A stretch of 64,000 bases of DNA. Origin: Magnetococcales bacterium (GTDB taxonomy: Bacteria > Pseudomonadota > Magnetococcia > Magnetococcales > Magnetaquicoccaceae). Where the stretch lies: contig JADFYY010000001.1 of NCBI GenBank assembly GCA_015232825.1, forward strand, positions 20,978 to 84,977, in the 5' to 3' direction. Positions 19,404 through 28,636 of the stretch are shown piece by piece (position 1 is the stretch's first letter; the number at the start of each line of letters is the position of its first letter). The translations under genes and the position numbers were made by a program. The notes beneath the pieces are model-generated. The model saw only the letters and a list, made by a program, of their open reading frames with translations, made no database searches and was not told the DNA's origin.

Positions 19404-21062
19404 TTATTGAATCGAAGCCAACCCCATGATGATGCGATAATCATCTCGTAGCGTCTCTTTGTCAATTGGATATTTGAAGTCGCATGATCTGGTTTTACAA
19501 TACTCTTGGTTAGTAATATAATCTAAAATTAGGCGATAAATATTGAAATGGTAAAAATTTTCATGTTTTTCCATTTTGCCTTCCCGAAACACTAGAAAAC
19601 GATTCCGGTAAAATCGATCTTCCAGGTCGGGCTTCGGATAGCCGAATTTGCCATAGGTTTCAAATCCCCCTTCCAAAGGGGGGAGATGATCGGCGACCAG
19701 CACGATCAAGGCGTTTGGATCCATAGCCAGAAGCTTCTTTAAATAATCGGCCAATGCCTTGGTGCGGTAGTAATGCTGATTGATGATGCGCTCCAAATCC
19801 CAGGGTACCCCCTCCATCTTGAACAAGGGAGGACCGACACGCGCATCATATTCAAAAGGAAAATGGCCGTATACAGTCAAGACATAATTGAAAAACGGCT
19901 TTTTATCCTCCAGGCGTTGTTTCACAAAGGCAAGGTTTTGGGTATACAGGTCACCATCAAAAAAATATTTATTATCCTTTTCTTCCCCCTTGGTCAGATA
20001 GGTCTCCATGGTTGGCGTATATTCTTTAGCAAAATACATCGCATCAAATCCAATACCGCGATAAGCTGGAATGGTGTTAAAAAAATCCGGCTTGAAACCA
20101 TTAGATGCCATAGTGTGATAGCCAAAACGATGCAAAATGCGTGGTAAACAGTAGGTTTCCGACCCGGTAAAAATATTGAACTCGATTTCATCAAACTCCT
20201 GAAAGGCTGGAACCCCACAAAGAACCTCAAACTCGGCCTGAGAGGTGTAGCCACCAAAAACAGGGGAAACCGAAAATCCCTGATTAGCTCCAACCAGCGC
20301 GGTAAAATCAGGATGAACGGGATTGATTTTACTTGGCAAATTTGTCAATAAAGTGGGATCCAGAAACCCCTCTAGCACGATCATGTGAACGTTTTTGCCA
20401 TTGGCCCTAGCTGGCGTTTCCATCTCTGCAGGAAGCCTCATCGCCAGTTTATTGATATCACGGTAGCTTGAGATATTGTTAAATGTTTCCTGTCGTTTGG
20501 CTTCGTTATAAAGGGCCGTGGCCAATCGACCATTGTACTCCACATTGACCACAGCGGCATAATGGATCACTTCAATGGAACGTTGAGAAAAAATATCGAT
20601 ATAAATCTGTGGATAAAAATAAGGGGTCGCAAAGACGATCACGCCGGGAATGGCCAGGACAAACGCCTTGAAGGACAAACGCATGAACGAAACAAATAGG
20701 GAAAACAAAAGCACTACAAATCCGGCTAGGCACAAATTCCCCCATATACCCAACACCCCGATCAACTCTGGTAGCTGCTCAAAATCAATTATTTTTGGAA
20801 TGCGAAAAAAACGTAAAAAATAATAATCATGAACAAGATAAATGACTAAAAGTGGAGTTGCCGCCACATAAGGTCGCCATTTTGACTCTTTAGTGATTGC
20901 ATTAAAATAAAAATAAAGATAAAGAAGGAGCGGCACCTCCATCCTCATCACGCCTTTGGTCAATTCAATGAGATGATCGGTCAGCAAAAGATAAAGGTAC
21001 AACCCTGCAAGAAAGAGGGTATAACGATTCAACAAAATTCGCCTGATAATAGTTACTATCAC
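19404..21062 (-). CDS. LTA synthase/sulfatase-family membrane protein (phosphoglycerol/phosphoethanolamine transferase-like)
   Basis: N-terminal TM helices; NVHMIVLEGF, GGYTSQAEFEVL, GHFPF and ADHLP motifs. Confidence 0.85.
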   Translation of the reverse strand: MIVTIIRRILLNRYTLFLAGLYLYLLLTDHLIELTKGVMRMEVPLLLYLYFYFNAITKESKWRPYVAATPLLVIYLVHDYYFLRFFRIPKIIDFEQLPELIGVLGIWGNLCLAGFVVLLFSLFVSFMRLSFKAFVLAIPGVIVFATPYFYPQIYIDIFSQRSIEVIHYAAVVNVEYNGRLATALYNEAKRQETFNNISSYRDINKLAMRLPAEMETPARANGKNVHMIVLEGFLDPTLLTNLPSKINPVHPDFTALVGANQGFSVSPVFGGYTSQAEFEVLCGVPAFQEFDEIEFNIFTGSETYCLPRILHRFGYHTMASNGFKPDFFNTIPAYRGIGFDAMYFAKEYTPTMETYLTKGEEKDNKYFFDGDLYTQNLAFVKQRLEDKKPFFNYVLTVYGHFPFEYDARVGPPLFKMEGVPWDLERIINQHYYRTKALADYLKKLLAMDPNALIVLVADHLPPLEGGFETYGKFGYPKPDLEDRFYRNRFLVFREGKMEKHENFYHFNIYRLILDYITNQEYCKTRSCDFKYPIDKETLRDDYRIIMGLASIQ

Positions 21063-23659
21063 TTTTTTTCCTCAACTAAAACGGCGAGAACGGGCGGACG
21101 GGAAGTTGGCAAACCACTGATCGCCGCCATGATCAGACTGATGGCATACGGCATAGATTGGACGAGCAATACACCCACCCAGACTCGTGTATCAAAAAAA
21201 TCAAACCCCACGCGAACTTTCACTCCCCAGGCTGCCAGCCAAAAGGAGACCATGAGAATGGTCTCGGTGCGAGCGGCTGCTAGGGCGTGCCAGAAACGAT
21301 GACCATCGGCCTGCTTTGGTGTGCGGAAAAAGGGTTTTTCTCCGCCGAAAAAGCCCTGCATAATGGCCATAGAGACCGTATGGGTCAAGGAGAGTCCAGC
21401 CACAGCGGCGGCTAAGGATTGCATGGGCTTGATGCCGACATTGGTATAATAGAGATGTAGATGCTTGAGAATTTTAAAGGCGAATAGAATCAAAGGAAGA
21501 ACACTAAAGACCACAGAGGGCGAATCGGCGTATTGTGGTCCCACGATCATGGCCACTGACCAGCACAAGGCGATGACGTTAAACAACACATTCAAACCAT
21601 CCGCCAGCCATGGCATCCAGCCAGCCAAGAAATGATACCGTTGTCCCCAAGTCAAACTGGAGGCACGCCAACCAAAGAGTTCCCCAAAATGGGCACGCAT
21701 GATGCGAACAGCACCATAGGCCCAACGAAAACGTTGCTTTTTGTAATCGATAAAGGTGTCTGGCATCACCCCTCGACCATAACTGCGTGGGATATAGGAG
21801 GCCTGGAAGCCTCGTTCAAAAATACGCAATCCCAATTCCGCATCCTCGGTGATGCACCACTCGGCCCAACCTCCCACCTCTTCCAGGACTTGTCGGCGCA
21901 CCATGGTCATGGTGCCATGTTGGATGATGGCGTTGCGCTCATTGCGAGTGACCATGCCGATATAGAAAAATCCTCGATATTCCGCATAACACATGGATTT
22001 GAAAGTACTTTCATCCTGATCATAATAATCTTGCGGAGCCTGCACAATGGCGATTTCTGGTTTTTGAAACTGCGGGATCAAGTCACGGAGCCAGTTAGAA
22101 TCCACAAGATAATCACTATCAATGACGGCGATTACCTCGGCACGGGGATCTGTCTGTTTTAAAGAGAAGTTCAAGGCCCCAGCCTTAAAACCCGCAAGAG
22201 GATCAACATGGAAAAAGCGGAAGCGTTCCCCCAATTTGGCGCAATGATCTCGCACCGGTTCCCAGATGGCTGGGTCTTTGGTATTGTTGTCTATCACCAG
22301 GATTTCAAAGTGGGGATAATTCAGGCGTGCCAAAGAGTCGAGGGTGCGAATCATCATGTCTGGGGGTTCGTTGTAGGCCGGAACATGGACCGACACCCAA
22401 GGTAATTGATCTTCATCGAGCAAAAGAGTGGGTTCGAGTGCGCGTCGTCGCGCTTGAACCCAAGCGGCCTCTGCCCACTCATGGGCTTCGGCGAACAGTA
22501 CCACAATTACGCCGATCATGCCGATTCCAAGCAAAAAACCAAACAGCATTGCTCCACGAGTTAAATATTGCTGGCTGTAGTTATAAACCACATAAACCGC
22601 CAGCGAAGCCACGCCATAGGCCAAAATGGCAAGAAAGAAACGTCCACGTTTTCGCATCGAATGGCTGTCAAGAAACAGCAATGTGATGGTGAGCAATCCA
22701 ACAACCAATGAGGCCGCAGCCAAAACATACCATTGTGGAATATTGACAATGGGGGCGTGAAAAGGAAATTTCGCCACCCGGTCGGCATTATAAACCCCCC
22801 AGTAAGAACCAACGCCCCGTTCCAAGGAGTTACTTTTCCACGGTTGATCAAAGGCTTCGATCACGTAGTAAACATATTTTTCCTGATTGGCCCGTGCCAG
22901 AAAACGGCGCAAGAAGGTTGCCTGTTCGGCCAATCCCGCCTTGGCATTGATGCGGGTACGTCCATCGCTTGGCCAACCAACCTCGCCAATAATGATGGTT
23001 TTGTCGGGATAAGCGGCCCGCAATTCGTTCATACGAAAGACAACGTAATCCACAGCCCCTTCTTGATCGATTCCTTCCCAGTATGGCAGCATATGAACGG
23101 TGATGAAGTCTGTATGTTTCACCAATTGTGGATATTTCAACCAGATGTGCCAAGGTTCGGCGGTACTGACTGGGGCATTGACCGATGAACGAACACGATC
23201 CAGGTATTGAATCAATTTTTCCACGGGTACGCGATCATGGAGCAAAACTTCGTTCCCCACGATCACCCGCACAACGTTTTGGGCATTGGCATTGACGGTC
23301 TTGATCAGGCGTTTAATTTCCAGATCGTTTTTGGTCTCCTCGGTGTCGATCCATCCGCCCACCATGACATTGATGCCAAACTTGCGCGCCAGTCGTGGGA
23401 TCTCCGCCAGCACACCTTCTACGGTATAGGTTCGTACTGCGTAGGTTTTTCCTGACAACAGGGCAAGATCTTCATTGATCTGTTCCTCGCTGGGATGTAA
23501 TCCTTTTTGCGGATCTTGATCTGCGCGATAAGGAGCAAAGGCAAACCCCATCACACGATCCGGCCATAAAGGCTCTTCTAGAGGGCGATTGAACCAGGCC
23601 CATAAGCTGAGTGTGATTAGCGAGACAGCACCAACAACCATCCAGTGACTAGGTTTCAT
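21059..23659 (-). CDS. GH17-GT2 fusion beta-(1,3)-glucan glycosyltransferase (NdvB-like)
   Basis: N-terminal GH17 (VGNEVL, GEVGWPS, EAFDQPWK) and a GT2 domain (HVPAYNEPP, FKAGALN, DSD, TED, QRFRW). Confidence 0.88.
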   Translation of the reverse strand: MKPSHWMVVGAVSLITLSLWAWFNRPLEEPLWPDRVMGFAFAPYRADQDPQKGLHPSEEQINEDLALLSGKTYAVRTYTVEGVLAEIPRLARKFGINVMVGGWIDTEETKNDLEIKRLIKTVNANAQNVVRVIVGNEVLLHDRVPVEKLIQYLDRVRSSVNAPVSTAEPWHIWLKYPQLVKHTDFITVHMLPYWEGIDQEGAVDYVVFRMNELRAAYPDKTIIIGEVGWPSDGRTRINAKAGLAEQATFLRRFLARANQEKYVYYVIEAFDQPWKSNSLERGVGSYWGVYNADRVAKFPFHAPIVNIPQWYVLAAASLVVGLLTITLLFLDSHSMRKRGRFFLAILAYGVASLAVYVVYNYSQQYLTRGAMLFGFLLGIGMIGVIVVLFAEAHEWAEAAWVQARRRALEPTLLLDEDQLPWVSVHVPAYNEPPDMMIRTLDSLARLNYPHFEILVIDNNTKDPAIWEPVRDHCAKLGERFRFFHVDPLAGFKAGALNFSLKQTDPRAEVIAVIDSDYLVDSNWLRDLIPQFQKPEIAIVQAPQDYYDQDESTFKSMCYAEYRGFFYIGMVTRNERNAIIQHGTMTMVRRQVLEEVGGWAEWCITEDAELGLRIFERGFQASYIPRSYGRGVMPDTFIDYKKQRFRWAYGAVRIMRAHFGELFGWRASSLTWGQRYHFLAGWMPWLADGLNVLFNVIALCWSVAMIVGPQYADSPSVVFSVLPLILFAFKILKHLHLYYTNVGIKPMQSLAAAVAGLSLTHTVSMAIMQGFFGGEKPFFRTPKQADGHRFWHALAAARTETILMVSFWLAAWGVKVRVGFDFFDTRVWVGVLLVQSMPYAISLIMAAISGLPTSRPPVLAVLVEEKK

Positions 23660-23909
23660 GGGAATTTCGATCCGCGAGAATACAAAGAAGTCATGAGATC
23701 AAACCAAAATGGGAACCATTTCATCCGGTCCAAACAATCTCAAAGCTTATACCACAAAAAAACACATTTTACAAAGTGACCTCTTTTGGGGCCATCACGA
23801 GAATTGCCATTCCCTCTTGATAAAGCATATGCAAAAATAGACAATTGGTTTATAGTATGAGCAATCAAAATAGATTCATCTCCACCGTTTTTTTTGTACG
23901 GGAGTCCCC

Positions 23910-25568
23910 ATGGATCCACAAATATCCATAACCGCCAAAGACGACGATGATGTTGCCGATCATTTTTTACGGCATATCGAACGCCTGAATGATATCGGCA
24001 TTGCCCTCTCTTCTGAACCGAACCTCAATCGGTTGTTGGAAATTATCCTCATGGGGGCAAAGGAGCTGACCAATGCGGATGCTGGAACCATGTACAGTGT
24101 CACGGAAAGACAGACCCTGAAGTTTGAAATTTTGCGTACCGATTCCTTAGGGATCGCCATGGGAGGCACAACGGGCATTCCCATCAATTTTCCTGAACTG
24201 CCTCTTTACAAAGACGGCGTGCCGAATTTACAAATGATTGCGGCCTTTTCAACCTTGAAACAGACCACCGTCAATATCCCTGACGCCTACGAAGCCGAAG
24301 GTTTCGATTTCTCTGGTACGCGAGCCTTTGACAAAAGAACCCATTATCGCTCGAAATCCTTTTTGACCGTGCCGCTGAAAAACCACGAAAACGAAATCAT
24401 CGGCGTCTTGCAACTCATCAATGCCAAAGATGCAAAAACACAAGAAATTATAACATTTTCAAAAGAATACCAAAAACTTGCCGAATCCCTTGCCTCACAG
24501 GCGGCCATTGCTCTTACCAACCAGAAACTGATCTCTGATCTCAAGGCCCTGTTTGAATCTTTCATTCAAGCCATCGCCTCCGCCATTGACGATAAATCAC
24601 CCTATACCGGTGGACACTGCCACCGGGTGCCGGTTCTGGCGGAAATGCTGGGTCGGGCTGTCAGCGACAGTCAAGAAGGTGCCTTGAAAGATATCAACTT
24701 CTCTGATGATGAGATGTATGAACTAAAAATTGCCTCCTGGTTACATGACTGCGGCAAAGTGGTGACTCCGACAGAGGTGGTGGACAAAGGAACCAAACTA
24801 GAAAGCATTTTTGACCGCATTCATTTGGTTGATACTCGTTTTGAGGTTCTGAAACGCGATTTGGAAATCTCTTTCCTCAAAAAAAAGATGGCCTCCCTGG
24901 AAGCAGGAGAAAAGCTCGATTTCACCAGTCAGGAAATGGCGTTGCAGCAGGAACTTCAACAAATCGATGCGGATCGCAAATTTGTTCGCGAGGCCAATAT
25001 TGGTGGTGAATTCATGTCTTCCCAATATCAAGACCGAATTCACGCCATTGCCAAACGCCGATGGATCGATTCCGATGGTCTGGAGAAAACGTTTCTTACT
25101 GACAACGAAGTGTATAACTTAAATATTCCAAAAGGAACCATCACTCCTGAAGAGAGAGAAATCATCAACAATCACGTTGTGGCCACCATCAAAATGCTGG
25201 ATGCCATTCCTTTTCCCAAGCATCTCAAACGAGTCCCAGAAATCGCGGGTGGTCATCACGAACAGATGAATGGCAAAGGGTATCCCAAAGGACTCACTGG
25301 AGAAAAGATGTCCATACAGGCGCGCATGGTGGCCATTGCCGATGTTTTCGAGGCACTTACCGCACGGGATCGTCCTTACAAAAAAGGCAAACCGCTCTCC
25401 GCATCTTTGCAAATTCTAGGTTTCATGAAAAAGGATGGACATATTGATCCAGACCTGTTCAAACTGTTTATCGACAAAAAAATCTATCTCGATTATGCGC
25501 AAGAGTATTTGGCACCAGAACAAATCGATCCCGTGTATCTGGAAAAAATTCCGGGGTATACCCCATGA
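23910..25568 (+). CDS. GAF + HD-GYP c-di-GMP phosphodiesterase
   Basis: GAF domain, HDCGK, HHEQMNGKGYP and ADVFEALT..RPYK. Confidence 0.9.
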   Translation: MDPQISITAKDDDDVADHFLRHIERLNDIGIALSSEPNLNRLLEIILMGAKELTNADAGTMYSVTERQTLKFEILRTDSLGIAMGGTTGIPINFPELPLYKDGVPNLQMIAAFSTLKQTTVNIPDAYEAEGFDFSGTRAFDKRTHYRSKSFLTVPLKNHENEIIGVLQLINAKDAKTQEIITFSKEYQKLAESLASQAAIALTNQKLISDLKALFESFIQAIASAIDDKSPYTGGHCHRVPVLAEMLGRAVSDSQEGALKDINFSDDEMYELKIASWLHDCGKVVTPTEVVDKGTKLESIFDRIHLVDTRFEVLKRDLEISFLKKKMASLEAGEKLDFTSQEMALQQELQQIDADRKFVREANIGGEFMSSQYQDRIHAIAKRRWIDSDGLEKTFLTDNEVYNLNIPKGTITPEEREIINNHVVATIKMLDAIPFPKHLKRVPEIAGGHHEQMNGKGYPKGLTGEKMSIQARMVAIADVFEALTARDRPYKKGKPLSASLQILGFMKKDGHIDPDLFKLFIDKKIYLDYAQEYLAPEQIDPVYLEKIPGYTP

Positions 25569-25631
25569 CTTCACTGCCCAATTCATGAAAATTATCAGCT
25601 CAATCGTCGGACAAAGCTAAAGGCTTCGCCA

Positions 25632-27860
25632 GTGTCCCGTCCTCAATTCATACGCCTTCTGATCAGCCTTGCTCTACTCGTGCTGTTCGTGTTGCACGCC
25701 TTCAATATCATTGAATTACCTGCGCTAAAAAAACTTGAAAATTTTGCTTATGATACTCAAGTAAGATTATCTTTGAAAGGGAATACAGACAAACGAATCG
25801 TCATTATTGATTTGGATGAAAAAAGTCTGGCCAAAATTGGGCGTTGGCCATGGGGACGGCATCAATTGGCCAAGTTGACAGAAACTTTGTTTGATCATTA
25901 CCGAATTTTGGTGCTTGGCTTTGACGTGGTCTTCTCGGAACAAGATGAAAGCTCTGGTCTGCCGGTATTGGATCGACTGGCCTCTGGCCTGCTGAAAGAT
26001 CAACCTGGATTTTTATTATCCCTCAACAAACTACGTCCCTCCCTGGAACGGGATGCCCGTTTTGCCAGAACCCTACGGGGACGACATGTTTTGTTGGGAT
26101 ATTATTTCAAGTCCAAGGTTGATCCAAAATTTGCGGTTTCCGGTGCCTTACCCGATCCGGTCATTAGTTTGCAGGAGCTGGGACGCTCCAATATTCCGTT
26201 TGTCAAGGCTGCAGGGTTTGGAGCCAATTTACCGATATTGCAAAGTGCTGCGCAAAATGGTGGTTTTTTTGACAATCCATTGCTGGAGTCCGATGGGGTT
26301 AATCGCCGTATTCCCTTGTTGCAGGAGTATCAGGGCAAACTTTATCAATCCCTCTCTTTGGGTCTGGTCCGAACCATCCTAGGGGATCCGCCGGTCACCA
26401 TGGGAATCACCCCGGTCGCCAAAAATCCCAAGGATATCGAAACCGGGCTGGAATGGGTCGGACTAGGGCCTCACCATATTCCGGTGGATGAACGTGCCTC
26501 AATTTTGATCCCATATCGGGGCCGTCCTGGAAGTTTTCCCTATATTTCAGCCAGCGATGTGCTTGACCAGACCGCGAATTCAGATCTTTTGAATGACGCG
26601 ATTGTTTTGGTTGGTTCGACTGCCCCCGGATTGATGGATCTGCGTGTTACCCCGATACAAAATGCCTTTCCTGGAGTGGAAATCCACGCCAATATTATCA
26701 GTGGTATTTTAGACGCATCTATAAAACGGCGTCCATCACACAGTTTGGTTTTTGAATTATTTTATTATTTTTTAATCGCGCTTGCCATGATCCTGCTGAT
26801 GACACGATTAACTCCTATTTGGGGTTTTTATCTCACCCTGTTGATCCTGCTCTTGATTGTTTGGAGCCATCTGTTTTTTTGGCGGCGAGTCGATATTTTG
26901 ATCCCGATTGCCTCGCCAGTGGTTCTGACGCTGCTGCTTTTTATGCTGAACAATATTTTTGAGATATTGATTCACTCCCGCAGCAAATCGCATATTTCGA
27001 GTTTATTTGGACACTATTTGCCCCAGGAACAGGTGGAAGCGATACACTCAAGCGGAAAAACAATTGAGACCAAAGGTGAACGACGGGATATGACGGTCAT
27101 GTTTGTTAATATTCAAGACTTTACCACCATTGCAGAACAACGCAAGCCAGAAGAACTGACCCACATCATGAACACCTATCTCACCAAAATGACGACCGTG
27201 ATTCACGAAAATCAGGGTGCAATTGATAAATATATGGGTGATGTCATCATGGCTTATTGGGGGGCCCCACTGGAAAATTCGCGTCATGCCCGTAACGCCA
27301 TGAAAGCTGCCATGCGCATGATCGAATCCTTGAACCAACAAGAAGATGAATTTCGCACGCAGGGATGGCCAGAATTCTCCATTGGTATTGGCTTGAACTC
27401 TGGATCGGTGAACGTCGGCATTATGGGATCCGATTTTCGTAAGGCTTATACCGTGTGGGGAGCAACGGTCAAACAGGCTTTGAAGCTGGAATCATGCACC
27501 AAACAATACGGTGCAACCATCATTGCAGGAGCGGAAACCAGAAAGAATTTACCAGAAGTCATTTTCCGCGAATTGGACCGGATCCGAATCCAAGGAAAGA
27601 GCCTTCCAGTCTCGATATTTGAACCCGTTGGTTTTGTTGATGAGGTCAGCGGGGATACACGCACAGAAGTGGACGCATACCATAAAGCCCTTGCGCTATA
27701 CCGGGGCCGCCGATGGAAGGAGGCGCAACACCGTTTTCATCTGCTTCATCAACGCGACCCAGAACGATTAATCTATGAGGTTTATCTCTCGCGCATCCAG
27801 CATTTTATGCAACATCCGCCTGATTCAGATTGGGACGGCGTGTTTCCGAAGGGGCTGTGA
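25632..27860 (+). CDS. CHASE2-domain membrane adenylate/guanylate cyclase-family protein (catalytic residues partly degenerate)
   Basis: CHASE2 (IDLDEKSL..GRWPW, PGVEIHAN), 3 TM helices, and a cyclase domain with DKYMGD and GIGLNSG. Confidence 0.87.
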   Translation: MSRPQFIRLLISLALLVLFVLHAFNIIELPALKKLENFAYDTQVRLSLKGNTDKRIVIIDLDEKSLAKIGRWPWGRHQLAKLTETLFDHYRILVLGFDVVFSEQDESSGLPVLDRLASGLLKDQPGFLLSLNKLRPSLERDARFARTLRGRHVLLGYYFKSKVDPKFAVSGALPDPVISLQELGRSNIPFVKAAGFGANLPILQSAAQNGGFFDNPLLESDGVNRRIPLLQEYQGKLYQSLSLGLVRTILGDPPVTMGITPVAKNPKDIETGLEWVGLGPHHIPVDERASILIPYRGRPGSFPYISASDVLDQTANSDLLNDAIVLVGSTAPGLMDLRVTPIQNAFPGVEIHANIISGILDASIKRRPSHSLVFELFYYFLIALAMILLMTRLTPIWGFYLTLLILLLIVWSHLFFWRRVDILIPIASPVVLTLLLFMLNNIFEILIHSRSKSHISSLFGHYLPQEQVEAIHSSGKTIETKGERRDMTVMFVNIQDFTTIAEQRKPEELTHIMNTYLTKMTTVIHENQGAIDKYMGDVIMAYWGAPLENSRHARNAMKAAMRMIESLNQQEDEFRTQGWPEFSIGIGLNSGSVNVGIMGSDFRKAYTVWGATVKQALKLESCTKQYGATIIAGAETRKNLPEVIFRELDRIRIQGKSLPVSIFEPVGFVDEVSGDTRTEVDAYHKALALYRGRRWKEAQHRFHLLHQRDPERLIYEVYLSRIQHFMQHPPDSDWDGVFPKGL

Positions 27861-28636
27861 AGAGCGTGTCTCTTGAGCATAAAGCGGATCTCGTCGTAGC
27901 TGCCATTGAAACAGAACAGGTTTCTTATGCTCGACAATTGGCTGTGGAACTGGAACTCCCTTGGATGGATTGGGAGCAGTGTGCAAACCATACGGTATTG
28001 ACTGTGACCCCTGAGCGATTGGAGTTGCGTGAACGAATTAAAGGGTACAGTCAACCGGCCTATGTGGATTTTTCGACGATTATTGCCCGTCTCCGGCGTC
28101 AGGAGGGTCTGAAGCAACCTTTGGCACGGGCTGCTGGACTGAAAAACGGGATCCGTCCAAACATTTTGGACGCTACCCCAGGATTGGGACGGGATGCCTT
28201 TGTTTTGGCGGCCTTGGGGAGTGTGATCACAATGGTGGAGCGTTCACGGGTGACGTTTGCTTTGCTTGCCGATGGTATGCGTCGTGCCTCGGAGGCGGGA
28301 CTCCCAGAAGCAGGCCGAATGACCCTCTGCCAAGGGGATTCCGTGGATTTCATGGCCAAGATTGAGACCAATCAACGCCCTGACGTGATTTATCTCGATC
28401 CCATGCATCCCGAACGAACCAAATCCGCCCTCGTTAAAAAAGAGATGCGTTTGTTGCGGGAGGTGGTGGGGGATGATCCTGATGGGGATTCTCTTCTGAA
28501 AACGGCTCTGGCTCTGGCAACTCAACGGGTTGTGGTCAAACGCCCCCGTTTGGGTGCGCCATTGGCTGGAATGACCCCACATGCCGTAGTCACTGGGAAG
28601 AGTGTACGTTACGATCTTTACTTTACTTTTAAATAG
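27857..28636 (+). CDS. rsmJ: 16S rRNA m2G1516 methyltransferase
   Basis: ILDATPGLGRDAFVLA, DVIYLDPM, ALVKKEM and RVVVKRP. GTG start overlaps the upstream TGA. Confidence 0.88.
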   Translation: MKSVSLEHKADLVVAAIETEQVSYARQLAVELELPWMDWEQCANHTVLTVTPERLELRERIKGYSQPAYVDFSTIIARLRRQEGLKQPLARAAGLKNGIRPNILDATPGLGRDAFVLAALGSVITMVERSRVTFALLADGMRRASEAGLPEAGRMTLCQGDSVDFMAKIETNQRPDVIYLDPMHPERTKSALVKKEMRLLREVVGDDPDGDSLLKTALALATQRVVVKRPRLGAPLAGMTPHAVVTGKSVRYDLYFTFK

